This document shows positions 31,681 to 40,007 of a DNA stretch of 64,000 nt, piece after piece; positions within the stretch are counted from its first letter, which is position 1, and every line of letters starts with the position of its first letter. The DNA comes from a candidate division FCPU426 bacterium (GTDB lineage: Bacteria > Oederibacteriota > Muellerivitia > Muellerivitales > Muellerivitaceae), in assembly GCA_963847625.1 (NCBI GenBank), contig CAWKAR010000024.1, positions 64,001 to 128,000 of the forward strand. The letters run 5' to 3'. The notes beneath the pieces are model-generated. The model was not told the DNA's origin, did not search any database, and worked only from the letters and a program-made list of their open reading frames with translations. The position numbers were made by a program, and so were the translations under genes.

Positions 31681-32577
31681 ATGAAAATATTATCTTTTAC
31701 CATCTTGATTTTATTAACGAATCTCGTTTTTGGTCATAACATAATTAATGAAATGAAATATGTGGATTCTGCTCTTAAAGTAACTAGGTTGTTCGACGAT
31801 AAAAATGAGTATAAAAAATTAAAAATAAATATAGATAAAGAAATAAAATTTGATTCCATCCATGGTGGGCACGAAGGCGCATTTTTAATAATTAGAACAG
31901 ATACAAATCGGGCGTCTTTTTTGAATTTATATTTTGATGCACAAGATAAAATTACAGTAATGATGGATGCAGACGTTGATATTAAAAAAGATGGGACGTT
32001 TATAATTGGCGATCATGGCGGCCCAATTGAAAGAATCGATGATTCCATTAAAAATTTATTAAAGTGTGTACCAAATTTATTTCTATTGGATATAGAAGTT
32101 AAACCAAATATTATTTTAAAGATGAAAGAAAATTATCTTACCGATAAACAAATAAAAATATTGAAATATATATTTGAAACCTACAGCACTTATCCCCATG
32201 GCCGTGATGAAATGGATGCAGAGAACTGGTCTATATATTGCAAATCCACCAAAAATTTAAAATCCAATCTAAATCAGGATGTTACAGAAATTTTTGCAAT
32301 CTATAAAATGCCAATAGGGGTGAGAGGAAATGGTGGCATATTTGGAACTTTTAGCATGGAAAATGATAACAAGATTAATCCAATTTTGTTTGCAGGTATT
32401 AATACAGAAGATAAAACAAATAGGAAATTAGAAGTATTTGAGGATCGTGATACACCGAGAATTGGTAATTTAAAAGAAATTAATAAAGAATTAAAAATAA
32501 TAAAAGATATCAATCCGGTTAAGATTCAAATCACTCGAAAAGTTAACCGCCAAATTATTTTGAAACCATTAAAATAA
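31681..32577 (+). CDS. Putative Rhs immunity protein (exported)
   Basis: ATG 1 nt after the toxin stop, GGAGG RBS, very AT-rich, signal-like MKILSFTILILLTNLVFG. Confidence 0.65.
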   Translation: MKILSFTILILLTNLVFGHNIINEMKYVDSALKVTRLFDDKNEYKKLKINIDKEIKFDSIHGGHEGAFLIIRTDTNRASFLNLYFDAQDKITVMMDADVDIKKDGTFIIGDHGGPIERIDDSIKNLLKCVPNLFLLDIEVKPNIILKMKENYLTDKQIKILKYIFETYSTYPHGRDEMDAENWSIYCKSTKNLKSNLNQDVTEIFAIYKMPIGVRGNGGIFGTFSMENDNKINPILFAGINTEDKTNRKLEVFEDRDTPRIGNLKEINKELKIIKDINPVKIQITRKVNRQIILKPLK

Positions 32578-32631
32578 TGATTTCAGGCTATTAATGACTT
32601 TTTATAATCAATTGAAAAAGAAGATGATTTC

Positions 32632-32832
32632 ATGAAACATTTAATGTTTATTTTGATTTTAGTTATTCCTCAAGGGGTGGCCTTAGGGACGGCACTGCCC
32701 ACACCCGTCAACGTTCACATTCAACGTTCTCCCATGGACAAGATTGTCATCCGTCTCCGACAACAGAATATCCAAATCCAACGGGATTTAAGGGCGGGCA
32801 AGCTGACCAAGGACCAAGCCAAAGCCCTTAAG
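32632..32832 (+). pseudogene. Secreted protein paralogous to 3457-3840, truncated by IS1380
   Basis: RLRQQNIQIQRDLRAGKLTKDQAKALK aligns with RMKNQLLRIHEGVKTGKLTKQQAQALR. Similarity stops at the IS1380 boundary. Confidence 0.75.
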
Positions 32833-34536
32833 CCCGGATTTCCCAGATGAAATTACCTTTCGAGTATAATAAGGCGTCGTTTGGCCATACAAACAAAGGT
32901 TTTTCTTCACTTTGGGGACCACGAGAGGGGGGAATGCAATGGGTGAAAGGGGAAAAGACGCTCTTCGGGTGGTTTTTGATCCTGGTCTCAAGCTGGAGTT
33001 CCATGGCGCGAAGGTCACTTCCGATGGCGGGTTGATTCCCTATCGTGAACTCGATGAAGCCTTTGGTTTGACTGACAGAACGGAAAACCTTCTGAGGGAT
33101 CGGCGAACCGGCAAGAATACGCAACATACGATGACGGCGCTTTTGCGGCAATCAATCTACAGCCGCCTAGCCGGTTACGAGGACACCAACGACGCAGAAC
33201 GATTGAGTGTTGATCCGGCGATGCGGCATGTGATCGGAGGACGGGCCAAGGAAAAACAAGCTGCCTCCACCAGCCAGATGGGACGTTTCGAGACGGAAGT
33301 TCTCACCCAGTCGAAGAACCAGACCGGTCTGATTGACCTATCTGGCCAATGGATTGATGGTGTCCATGAAAAAAAGCCCATCCAGCAGATTATTCTCGAC
33401 ATGGACAGCTCCGTGAGTGAAACCTACGGGGACCAAGAAGGTTCCTTGTACAACGGTTACTTCGGCTGTACCTGTTACCATCCCCTGTTTTGTTTCAACC
33501 AGTTTGGCGATTTGGAACGGGCAATGTTGCGCAACGGCAATGTGGCCAGCGCCCACGAGTGGCGGTCGGTTCTTGAACCAGTGGTTGTCCGTTATCGGGG
33601 TCTTTCCATCAGCCGTTTTTTCCGGGGTGACGCGGCCTTCGCCCGTCAGGAACTATACGAGTACCTAGAAGACGAAGGATACCTTTATGCGATCCGCCAA
33701 CCCGCCAATGGCGTGCTACAAAGAGAAATTGAGCCATTTTTGACCCGTCCCGTGGGCCGCCCTTCCCACAAGCCGGTTGTCCGGTATCACAGCTTCCAAT
33801 ACCAAGCCGTCAGCTGGGACAAACCCCGCCGCGTGGTGGCGAAGATTGAGCATCACAACGGCGAACTTTTCCCGAGGGTGGGTTTCATCGTGACGAACAT
33901 GCGACGACCGGCACCCCAGGTGGTGAAGTTCTACAACGGAAGAGGTACGGCTGAGCAATGGATCAAGGAGGGAAAGTACGCGATGAAGTGGACAAGACTA
34001 AGCTGCCACGACTTCGCGGACAACCAAGTAAGGTTGCAACTATTTGCACTGGCTTACAACTTGGGCAACTTCCTTCGCCGTCTAGCCCTGCCAGAACTGG
34101 TGAAGCATTGGTCGCTGACGACGTTGCGAGAAAAACTTATCAAAATCGGAGCTAACGTTATCCGCCATTCGCGGTACGTGGTTTTCCAGATGGCGGAGGT
34201 GATGGTTACCCAACGCCTGTTTGCTGAAATCCTTGGACGGATAAGGCTACTGGCGATGGTAAGGCCGCGAGCGCCAGTACTGCGATAACCGCAGGAACAC
34301 TTCATGGCTTCAACCGGATCAACCATCGTGGGATAGGTGTGCGTTCACAACGAGAATTGGCTTTCTGGAAGGTCATTTTCAACTTTTTTGGGGCACAGAA
34401 ACCCTTTTTTGGGCTCATTTCGCTGGCCTTGGGCCAGAAAATTCCGGATACGGGTGGAAGAAGCGGGGGGGGGGAATATAATGAGAAACAAATTACCCGG
34501 CAATGTTTTCAGAGAAGGTCATCTGGGAAATTCCGG
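32833..34536 (+). mobile_element. IS1380-family insertion sequence
   Basis: IRs CCCGGATTTCCCAGATG and CATCTGGGAAATTCCGG. 5-bp target duplication TTAAG at 32828-32832 and 34537-34541. Confidence 0.92.
32939..34288 (+). CDS. IS1380-family transposase
   Basis: VTSDGGL, GYEDTND, LDMDSS, RGDAAF and YNGRGTAEQWIKEGK. Confidence 0.95.
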   Translation: MGERGKDALRVVFDPGLKLEFHGAKVTSDGGLIPYRELDEAFGLTDRTENLLRDRRTGKNTQHTMTALLRQSIYSRLAGYEDTNDAERLSVDPAMRHVIGGRAKEKQAASTSQMGRFETEVLTQSKNQTGLIDLSGQWIDGVHEKKPIQQIILDMDSSVSETYGDQEGSLYNGYFGCTCYHPLFCFNQFGDLERAMLRNGNVASAHEWRSVLEPVVVRYRGLSISRFFRGDAAFARQELYEYLEDEGYLYAIRQPANGVLQREIEPFLTRPVGRPSHKPVVRYHSFQYQAVSWDKPRRVVAKIEHHNGELFPRVGFIVTNMRRPAPQVVKFYNGRGTAEQWIKEGKYAMKWTRLSCHDFADNQVRLQLFALAYNLGNFLRRLALPELVKHWSLTTLREKLIKIGANVIRHSRYVVFQMAEVMVTQRLFAEILGRIRLLAMVRPRAPVLR

Positions 34537-34546
34537 TTAAGAACGG

Positions 34547-34810
34547 ACAAAGATAGCATGTATGGGCCAGCAACCTACGTAGTAGCTTTGATCAATAGTA
34601 GCTGATCAAAATAACGCGGGTTGCTCCTGGTAAGGAGCCTATCCGCATACGGAGGGCTGACCCATGGGAAATAATAGGAACAAAGATAGCATGTATGGGC
34701 CAGCAACCTACGTAGTAGCTTTGATCAATAGTAGCTGATCAAAATAACGCGGGTTGCTCCTGGTAAGGAGCCTATCCGCATACGGAGGGCTGACCCATGG
34801 GAAATAATAG
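34547..34810 (+). repeat. 133-bp tandem duplication of the IS110 left end including the first 14 nt of the ORF
   Basis: 34547-34677 is identical to 34680-34810. Start codons at 34664 and 34797. Confidence 0.92.
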
Positions 34811-35903
34811 CACGGTGGTAGGGCTGGATGTTCATAAGGAAACGATCACGATTGCAGTTTTAAGGCCCGACAAGGATCGTCCTGATCCCTCGGTTACGGT
34901 TGAAAATCAGCCATCAATCATTGAAAAGAAAGTACGGGAACTTAATCGCCGCCATGCCCCACTGGAATTCGTTTATGAGGCTGGGCCTGGGGGATTTGCT
35001 TTGTATAGGCAGATTACCCAATTGGGACACCCTTGTGCGGTGATTGCGCCCGCATGGATGCCGATGAAACCTGGGGACCGAGTCAAGACGGACCGAAAGG
35101 ACGCAGAAAAGCTGTCTTGGTATTGGCGCATGAGGGATTTGAAAGAAGTCCGGGTACCCACGCCCGAAGAAGAATCCGTGAGGGATTTGCTGCGTGTCCG
35201 GGAAGATGTTCTCGCAAACCAGTTGAGAGCCCGTCATCGGTTATTGAAATTCCTGCTTAGGCAAGGCCGGATTTATCGGGGTGGCAAACACTGGACCCAA
35301 GCCCATAGGGAATGGTTGAGACACCAGAAGTTTGAGCTGCCAAATCTCGTAAAGACCTATGAAGCGAATTACCGAATTTTGGCTGAGATTGACGTGCACT
35401 TGGCTGATTTGAATTGTGAAGTTGAATTGCTGGCACAAGACGAGAAATATCGAATTGCTGTCAGCTATTTGAAATGCCTGAAAGGCGTTAACACACTCAC
35501 GGCCATGACTTTATTAGCAGAAAGCGGAGATTTCAGGCGGTTTAAAAACGCCCGCAGTTATATGCGATATACGGGAATGGTCAGTTGGGAAGACAGCACC
35601 GGAAGCCATGTTTACCGGGGCGGGATTGTCAAATCCGGAAATGCCCATTTGAGGCGAGTGCTAGTCCAAGGGGCATGGACCTATCAGCTACGAAGCCTTG
35701 GGAGTCCAACACTCGCTAAACGGAGAAAAGGTTGTCCCCCGGAAGTTATACATTTAGCACGAAAAGCTGATGAACGTTTGCATTTGAAGTTTCGGCGGAT
35801 GGTAAGCCGAAACAAACGGTCTCAGGTGGCGGTAGTGGCCATCGCACGGGAATTGGCTGGCTTTATCTGGGCGATTGGACAGATGATCCCATCCGATCAG
35901 TAA
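34797..35903 (+). CDS. IS110-family DEDD bridge recombinase
   Basis: GLDVH, YEAG and KTDRKDA (DEDD residues), EDSTG catalytic-serine loop, KSGNAHLRR and AIARELA. Confidence 0.96.
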   Translation: MGNNSTVVGLDVHKETITIAVLRPDKDRPDPSVTVENQPSIIEKKVRELNRRHAPLEFVYEAGPGGFALYRQITQLGHPCAVIAPAWMPMKPGDRVKTDRKDAEKLSWYWRMRDLKEVRVPTPEEESVRDLLRVREDVLANQLRARHRLLKFLLRQGRIYRGGKHWTQAHREWLRHQKFELPNLVKTYEANYRILAEIDVHLADLNCEVELLAQDEKYRIAVSYLKCLKGVNTLTAMTLLAESGDFRRFKNARSYMRYTGMVSWEDSTGSHVYRGGIVKSGNAHLRRVLVQGAWTYQLRSLGSPTLAKRRKGCPPEVIHLARKADERLHLKFRRMVSRNKRSQVAVVAIARELAGFIWAIGQMIPSDQ

Positions 35904-35931
35904 TAGATCCGATGAGAAGAAAAAGAAGGAC

Positions 35932-36133
35932 GAGCTCTGATTTCAGGAGCGTGGCGCGGCACGGAGAACCCTCGACGACCCCTTGTGCAATGAAGTCTTA
36001 TTTCATGACGCACGGACAAAGATCGAGGCAGCTCCCGACGACAGGTCATCATGCGTCCCTGCCCTTTGGGGTAATACGCGAATATCAGTTTGATCAACCG
36101 TCGGAAATGGCTACGCTCTTGGAATCAGGGCTC
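35932..36133 (+). ncRNA. Predicted bridge/seek RNA of the IS110 element
   Basis: 35932-35955 pairs with 36110-36133 and encloses two stem-loops. Their internal loops carry matches to the target (GACCCCTT, GGACAAAG) and to the donor junction (ATATCAG). Confidence 0.8.
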
Positions 36134-36198
36134 TGTCGTGCTGGTCCGTGAAAAGACCAACACCCTAGAATCTGAAGGTTGACTGGCCCATACATATC

Positions 36199-37215
36199 AG
36201 GGGTCAGGCCTACAATTTACACTTTATAACCACTGATTATTTAATAAAATACCGATATGCCAAGGCCAAAACGGATTCATTATGAAGGGGCCGTGTATCA
36301 CGTCACTTCCCGCGGGAATGAGCGCCGCAAGATAGTGATGGATGACTCGGACCGATGGTTATTCCTGAGAATTCTCGGGGAAATGATCGGGGAAAACGGG
36401 ATCGTATGCCACGCCTGGGTTTTAATGGACAATCATTACCATCTTTTACTGGAAACCCCGCAAGCCAATTTATCCGTGGCCATGAAACATCTGAACGCCC
36501 AATATACCCAGCGATTCAACAAGAAACACCACAGGACTGGTCATTTATTCCAAGGCCGGTATAAGGCCATCGTTATCGAGAAGAACAGTTATTTACAGGA
36601 ATTATGCCGGTATGTGGTATTGAATCCCGTCCGGGCCAAGATGGCCAAGCAACCGGGGGGATGGAAATGGAGCAGTTACCGGGCCACGGCAGGCCTGGAA
36701 AGGCCGGAACCATGGTTGGAGGTGGATTGGATCTTGGGACAATTTGGGAAAGAGAGGAAAAGAGCCCAAAAGGCCTATAGGGAATTTGTGGAAGAGGGAA
36801 TGGGGAGAAAAGAAACGCCATGGGAAAGGTTGCATTCCAGGGTTTACCTGGGCGGGAAAGAATTTTTAGACCATGTCCATGAAATGGGACAAAAACACAA
36901 ACACTTGGATATTCCGAAATACCAAAAACATGTGGTGAAACAAAACCCGGAAGCCTTATTAAAAAAGGTGGGGGAAATATACGGTATGAAGCCCGGGGAA
37001 ATACTGAAAGCGGGGAAAAGAAGGAGCGAAGCGAGGGAGGCGGCGGTATATTTGCTGAAGAAGGAAGCGGGATTAAGCCTGAGGGAAATAGGGGAAAGAA
37101 TGGGAGTGGGTTTTTCAGCGGTGGGGAACCAATGGGCAAAGGTCAAAAAGAAGCTGGGGACGGATAAAAGGTTTGCTCAAAGACTTGTAAAGTGTAAATT
37201 GTAGGCCTGACCCCT
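36199..37215 (+). mobile_element. Core of a RAYT-like element bounded by inverted repeats
   Basis: AGGGGTCAGGCCTACAATTTACACTTTA (36199-36226) and its exact inverse (37188-37215). The outer GGACAA/TTGTCC parts are displaced to 34545-34550 and 38731-38736 by the IS110 copies. Confidence 0.8.
36257..37204 (+). CDS. REP-associated (RAYT-like) Y1 HUH tyrosine transposase with C-terminal DnaA_C-like HTH
   Basis: YHVTSRGN, LMDNHYHLL (HUH), GHLFQGRY, RYVVLNPVRA, WSSY and C-terminal SLREIGERMG. The stop codon lies inside the right IR. Confidence 0.92.
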   Translation: MPRPKRIHYEGAVYHVTSRGNERRKIVMDDSDRWLFLRILGEMIGENGIVCHAWVLMDNHYHLLLETPQANLSVAMKHLNAQYTQRFNKKHHRTGHLFQGRYKAIVIEKNSYLQELCRYVVLNPVRAKMAKQPGGWKWSSYRATAGLERPEPWLEVDWILGQFGKERKRAQKAYREFVEEGMGRKETPWERLHSRVYLGGKEFLDHVHEMGQKHKHLDIPKYQKHVVKQNPEALLKKVGEIYGMKPGEILKAGKRRSEAREAAVYLLKKEAGLSLREIGERMGVGFSAVGNQWAKVKKKLGTDKRFAQRLVKCKL

Positions 37216-37280
37216 GATATGTATGGGCCAGTCAACCTTCAGATTCTAGGGTGTTGGTCTTTTCACGGACCAGCACGACA

Positions 37281-37482
37281 GAGCCCTGATTCCAAGAGCG
37301 TAGCCATTTCCGACGGTTGATCAAACTGATATTCGCGTATTACCCCAAAGGGCAGGGACGCATGATGACCTGTCGTCGGGAGCTGCCTCGATCTTTGTCC
37401 GTGCGTCATGAAATAAGACTTCATTGCACAAGGGGTCGTCGAGGGTTCTCCGTGCCGCGCCACGCTCCTGAAATCAGAGCTC
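37281..37482 (-). ncRNA. Predicted bridge/seek RNA, second copy
   Basis: Reverse complement of 35932-36133. Confidence 0.8.
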
Positions 37483-37510
37483 GTCCTTCTTTTTCTTCTC
37501 ATCGGATCTA

Positions 37511-38617
37511 TTACTGATCGGATGGGATCATCTGTCCAATCGCCCAGATAAAGCCAGCCAATTCCCGTGCGATGGCCACTACCGCCACCTGAGACCGTTT
37601 GTTTCGGCTTACCATCCGCCGAAACTTCAAATGCAAACGTTCATCAGCTTTTCGTGCTAAATGTATAACTTCCGGGGGACAACCTTTTCTCCGTTTAGCG
37701 AGTGTTGGACTCCCAAGGCTTCGTAGCTGATAGGTCCATGCCCCTTGGATTAGCACTCGCCTCAAATGGGCATTTCCGGATTTGACAATCCCGCCCCGGT
37801 AAACATGGCTTCCGGTGCTGTCTTCCCAACTGACCATTCCCGTATATCGCATATAACTGCGGGCGTTTTTAAACCGCCTGAAATCTCCGCTTTCTGCTAA
37901 TAAAGTCATGGCCGTGAGTGTGTTAACGCCTTTCAGGCATTTCAAATAGCTGACAGCAATTCGATATTTCTCGTCTTGTGCCAGCAATTCAACTTCACAA
38001 TTCAAATCAGCCAAGTGCACGTCAATCTCAGCCAAAATTCGGTAATTCGCTTCATAGGTCTTTACGAGATTTGGCAGCTCAAACTTCTGGTGTCTCAACC
38101 ATTCCCTATGGGCTTGGGTCCAGTGTTTGCCACCCCGATAAATCCGGCCTTGCCTAAGCAGGAATTTCAATAACCGATGACGGGCTCTCAACTGGTTTGC
38201 GAGAACATCTTCCCGGACACGCAGCAAATCCCTCACGGATTCTTCTTCGGGCGTGGGTACCCGGACTTCTTTCAAATCCCTCATGCGCCAATACCAAGAC
38301 AGCTTTTCTGCGTCCTTTCGGTCCGTCTTGACTCGGTCCCCAGGTTTCATCGGCATCCATGCGGGCGCAATCACCGCACAAGGGTGTCCCAATTGGGTAA
38401 TCTGCCTATACAAAGCAAATCCCCCAGGCCCAGCCTCATAAACGAATTCCAGTGGGGCATGGCGGCGATTAAGTTCCCGTACTTTCTTTTCAATGATTGA
38501 TGGCTGATTTTCAACCGTAACCGAGGGATCAGGACGATCCTTGTCGGGCCTTAAAACTGCAATCGTGATCGTTTCCTTATGAACATCCAGCCCTACCACC
38601 GTGCTATTATTTCCCAT
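37511..38617 (-). CDS. IS110-family DEDD bridge recombinase, second copy
   Basis: Same 368-aa protein as the left copy except VLVQ to VLIQ (G35664 vs T37750). Confidence 0.96.
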   Translation of the reverse strand: MGNNSTVVGLDVHKETITIAVLRPDKDRPDPSVTVENQPSIIEKKVRELNRRHAPLEFVYEAGPGGFALYRQITQLGHPCAVIAPAWMPMKPGDRVKTDRKDAEKLSWYWRMRDLKEVRVPTPEEESVRDLLRVREDVLANQLRARHRLLKFLLRQGRIYRGGKHWTQAHREWLRHQKFELPNLVKTYEANYRILAEIDVHLADLNCEVELLAQDEKYRIAVSYLKCLKGVNTLTAMTLLAESGDFRRFKNARSYMRYTGMVSWEDSTGSHVYRGGIVKSGNAHLRRVLIQGAWTYQLRSLGSPTLAKRRKGCPPEVIHLARKADERLHLKFRRMVSRNKRSQVAVVAIARELAGFIWAIGQMIPSDQ

Positions 38618-38792
38618 GGGTCAGCCCTCCGTATGCGGATAGGCTCCTTACCAGGAGCAACCCGCGTTATTTTGATCAGCTACTATTGATCAAAGCTACT
38701 ACGTAGGTTGCTGGCCCATACATGCTATCTTTGTCCCGTGTGAATTGATTACTTAAATATTGGCTTATTTAAACGGCATAAAGAGGTGTTAA

Positions 38793-39830
38793 GTGATAAA
38801 AAAATTTTTTATATATATAGTTGTTGTTGGCTTTTCGTTACCTGTGCTTGCTGAGTCACCAGTGGCGCCGCCAGATAATGGTCTTCCTCCACTTCAACAA
38901 TCGAATAACAATTTGACCTCTGCCCTAGGTAATGATTATTTCCAAAACGTCTATGATGACCTTCCCCCTGCTCAAATAATGGACGCGAGTTTACTTCCAA
39001 AACCAACCCCTATAGTTACCTATCACAATTATTCTAATGGGAGCAGTATTCCAATTCGTCAACCAACACCCACTTTTTGCCAGGAAATTCAACAAGCCAG
39101 AAAAAACGATCCTCATTGGGTTAGTGATTTTTCAACCGTTATTTCTCATGGAAAGGGGGATTTAATGTTGCGCTCTGATATTTTTTCTTCGGATTTAATA
39201 ATATTACATCGTCTTTTTAATGACCCATTAGCTGATGTTTTTATGAAGTTAACTGCTGCCGCAGGAATCGCTGATTTATGGGACCAACTAAATAAAAAAC
39301 ATCCTTCAGATAAAGCCAGAGCCAATTTTGAGGCTTGGACAAAATATTTCACGCAGTCATGGAATTCGGTAGATATGGGGCAAGCTTGGGACGTAAATGA
39401 TAAATGTATTGCAACCCGAAACCTCCTTTATGGGTTGGAAAAGAATCTCAATAGTGATTATGCAAATACCCCGGAAGGTAAAACGGAAGCGAAAAGTAGT
39501 CCCCATTGTTACGATCCCATTGATTTGATTGCGAAGGGGATGGCCTTGAAAGGGAAATTAGTCTGCGGAAGATTTAGAGTAATCCAAAAAATTGATGAAA
39601 AAAGTTACCTTGTAGGACTGCCATATACAGGAGAACCGAGTATTGACAATAGCTCATTTGTGGTTTTTGGTAACTCGAAAACGGATAGCGATTTTGATTA
39701 TTACGATAATGAAATGGTGAATCTCATAGTTATCGTCGCAGGAACTTATAGCTATCTGACTGTGACCGGAGCCAATGCCACAGTTATTAAACTCAAAGAT
39801 TGGAAAAAAAATACAGCAAACAATAACTAA
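38793..39830 (+). CDS. AT-rich secreted hypothetical protein
   Basis: 345-aa ORF, GAGG RBS with GTG start, signal peptide ending PVLA. Confidence 0.65.
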   Translation: MIKKFFIYIVVVGFSLPVLAESPVAPPDNGLPPLQQSNNNLTSALGNDYFQNVYDDLPPAQIMDASLLPKPTPIVTYHNYSNGSSIPIRQPTPTFCQEIQQARKNDPHWVSDFSTVISHGKGDLMLRSDIFSSDLIILHRLFNDPLADVFMKLTAAAGIADLWDQLNKKHPSDKARANFEAWTKYFTQSWNSVDMGQAWDVNDKCIATRNLLYGLEKNLNSDYANTPEGKTEAKSSPHCYDPIDLIAKGMALKGKLVCGRFRVIQKIDEKSYLVGLPYTGEPSIDNSSFVVFGNSKTDSDFDYYDNEMVNLIVIVAGTYSYLTVTGANATVIKLKDWKKNTANNN

Positions 39831-39842
39831 TTTGTTGGCCCT

Positions 39843-40007
39843 CACACAAAAAAGTCCAGGCCAACATTTGACACTTTACAAAAAAGCTCGCCCCTTAGAA
39901 ACTTATTTATGCCTTGACTCAAGAGAATCCGTTATGAAGGTGCCGTTTACCATGTGACGAATAGGGGTAACGAGCAAAAAATCTTTTGGGATGATACAGA
40001 TCGGTGA
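39843..40007 (+). pseudogene. Decayed RAYT remnant with degenerate terminal repeat
   Basis: 39909-40007 reads MP*LKRIRYEGAVYHVTNRGNEQKIFWDDTDR*, against the intact MPRPKRIHYEGAVYHVTSRGNERRKIVMDDSDR. Upstream ACAAAAAAGTCCAGGCCAACATTTGACACTTTA resembles the IR. Confidence 0.85.

Larger units (their letters stand above)
34551..36200 (+). mobile_element. IS110-family (IS1111-type) element, left copy
   Basis: Bounded by AG core dinucleotides (34551 or 34684, and 36199). Subterminal IRs ATGTATGGGCCAG / CTGGCCCATACAT. 297-bp non-coding right end. Confidence 0.92.
37214..38730 (-). mobile_element. IS110-family (IS1111-type) element, right copy, inverted
   Basis: Mirror image of 34684-36200 (1517 bp core to core). 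CT cores at 37214-37215 and 38729-38730. Confidence 0.93.

Noticed and set aside
35897..36151. Small ORFs in the IS110 right end (and their mirrors at 37263-37517)
   Set aside because: They overlap the predicted structured RNA and have no recognisable protein features.
34684..38730. Inverted IS110 pair as a pure assembly mirror artefact
   Set aside because: The copies differ by a substitution and by the left-end duplication, have different outer flanks, and both reconstruct the same guide-matched target. Read-level confirmation is still desirable.
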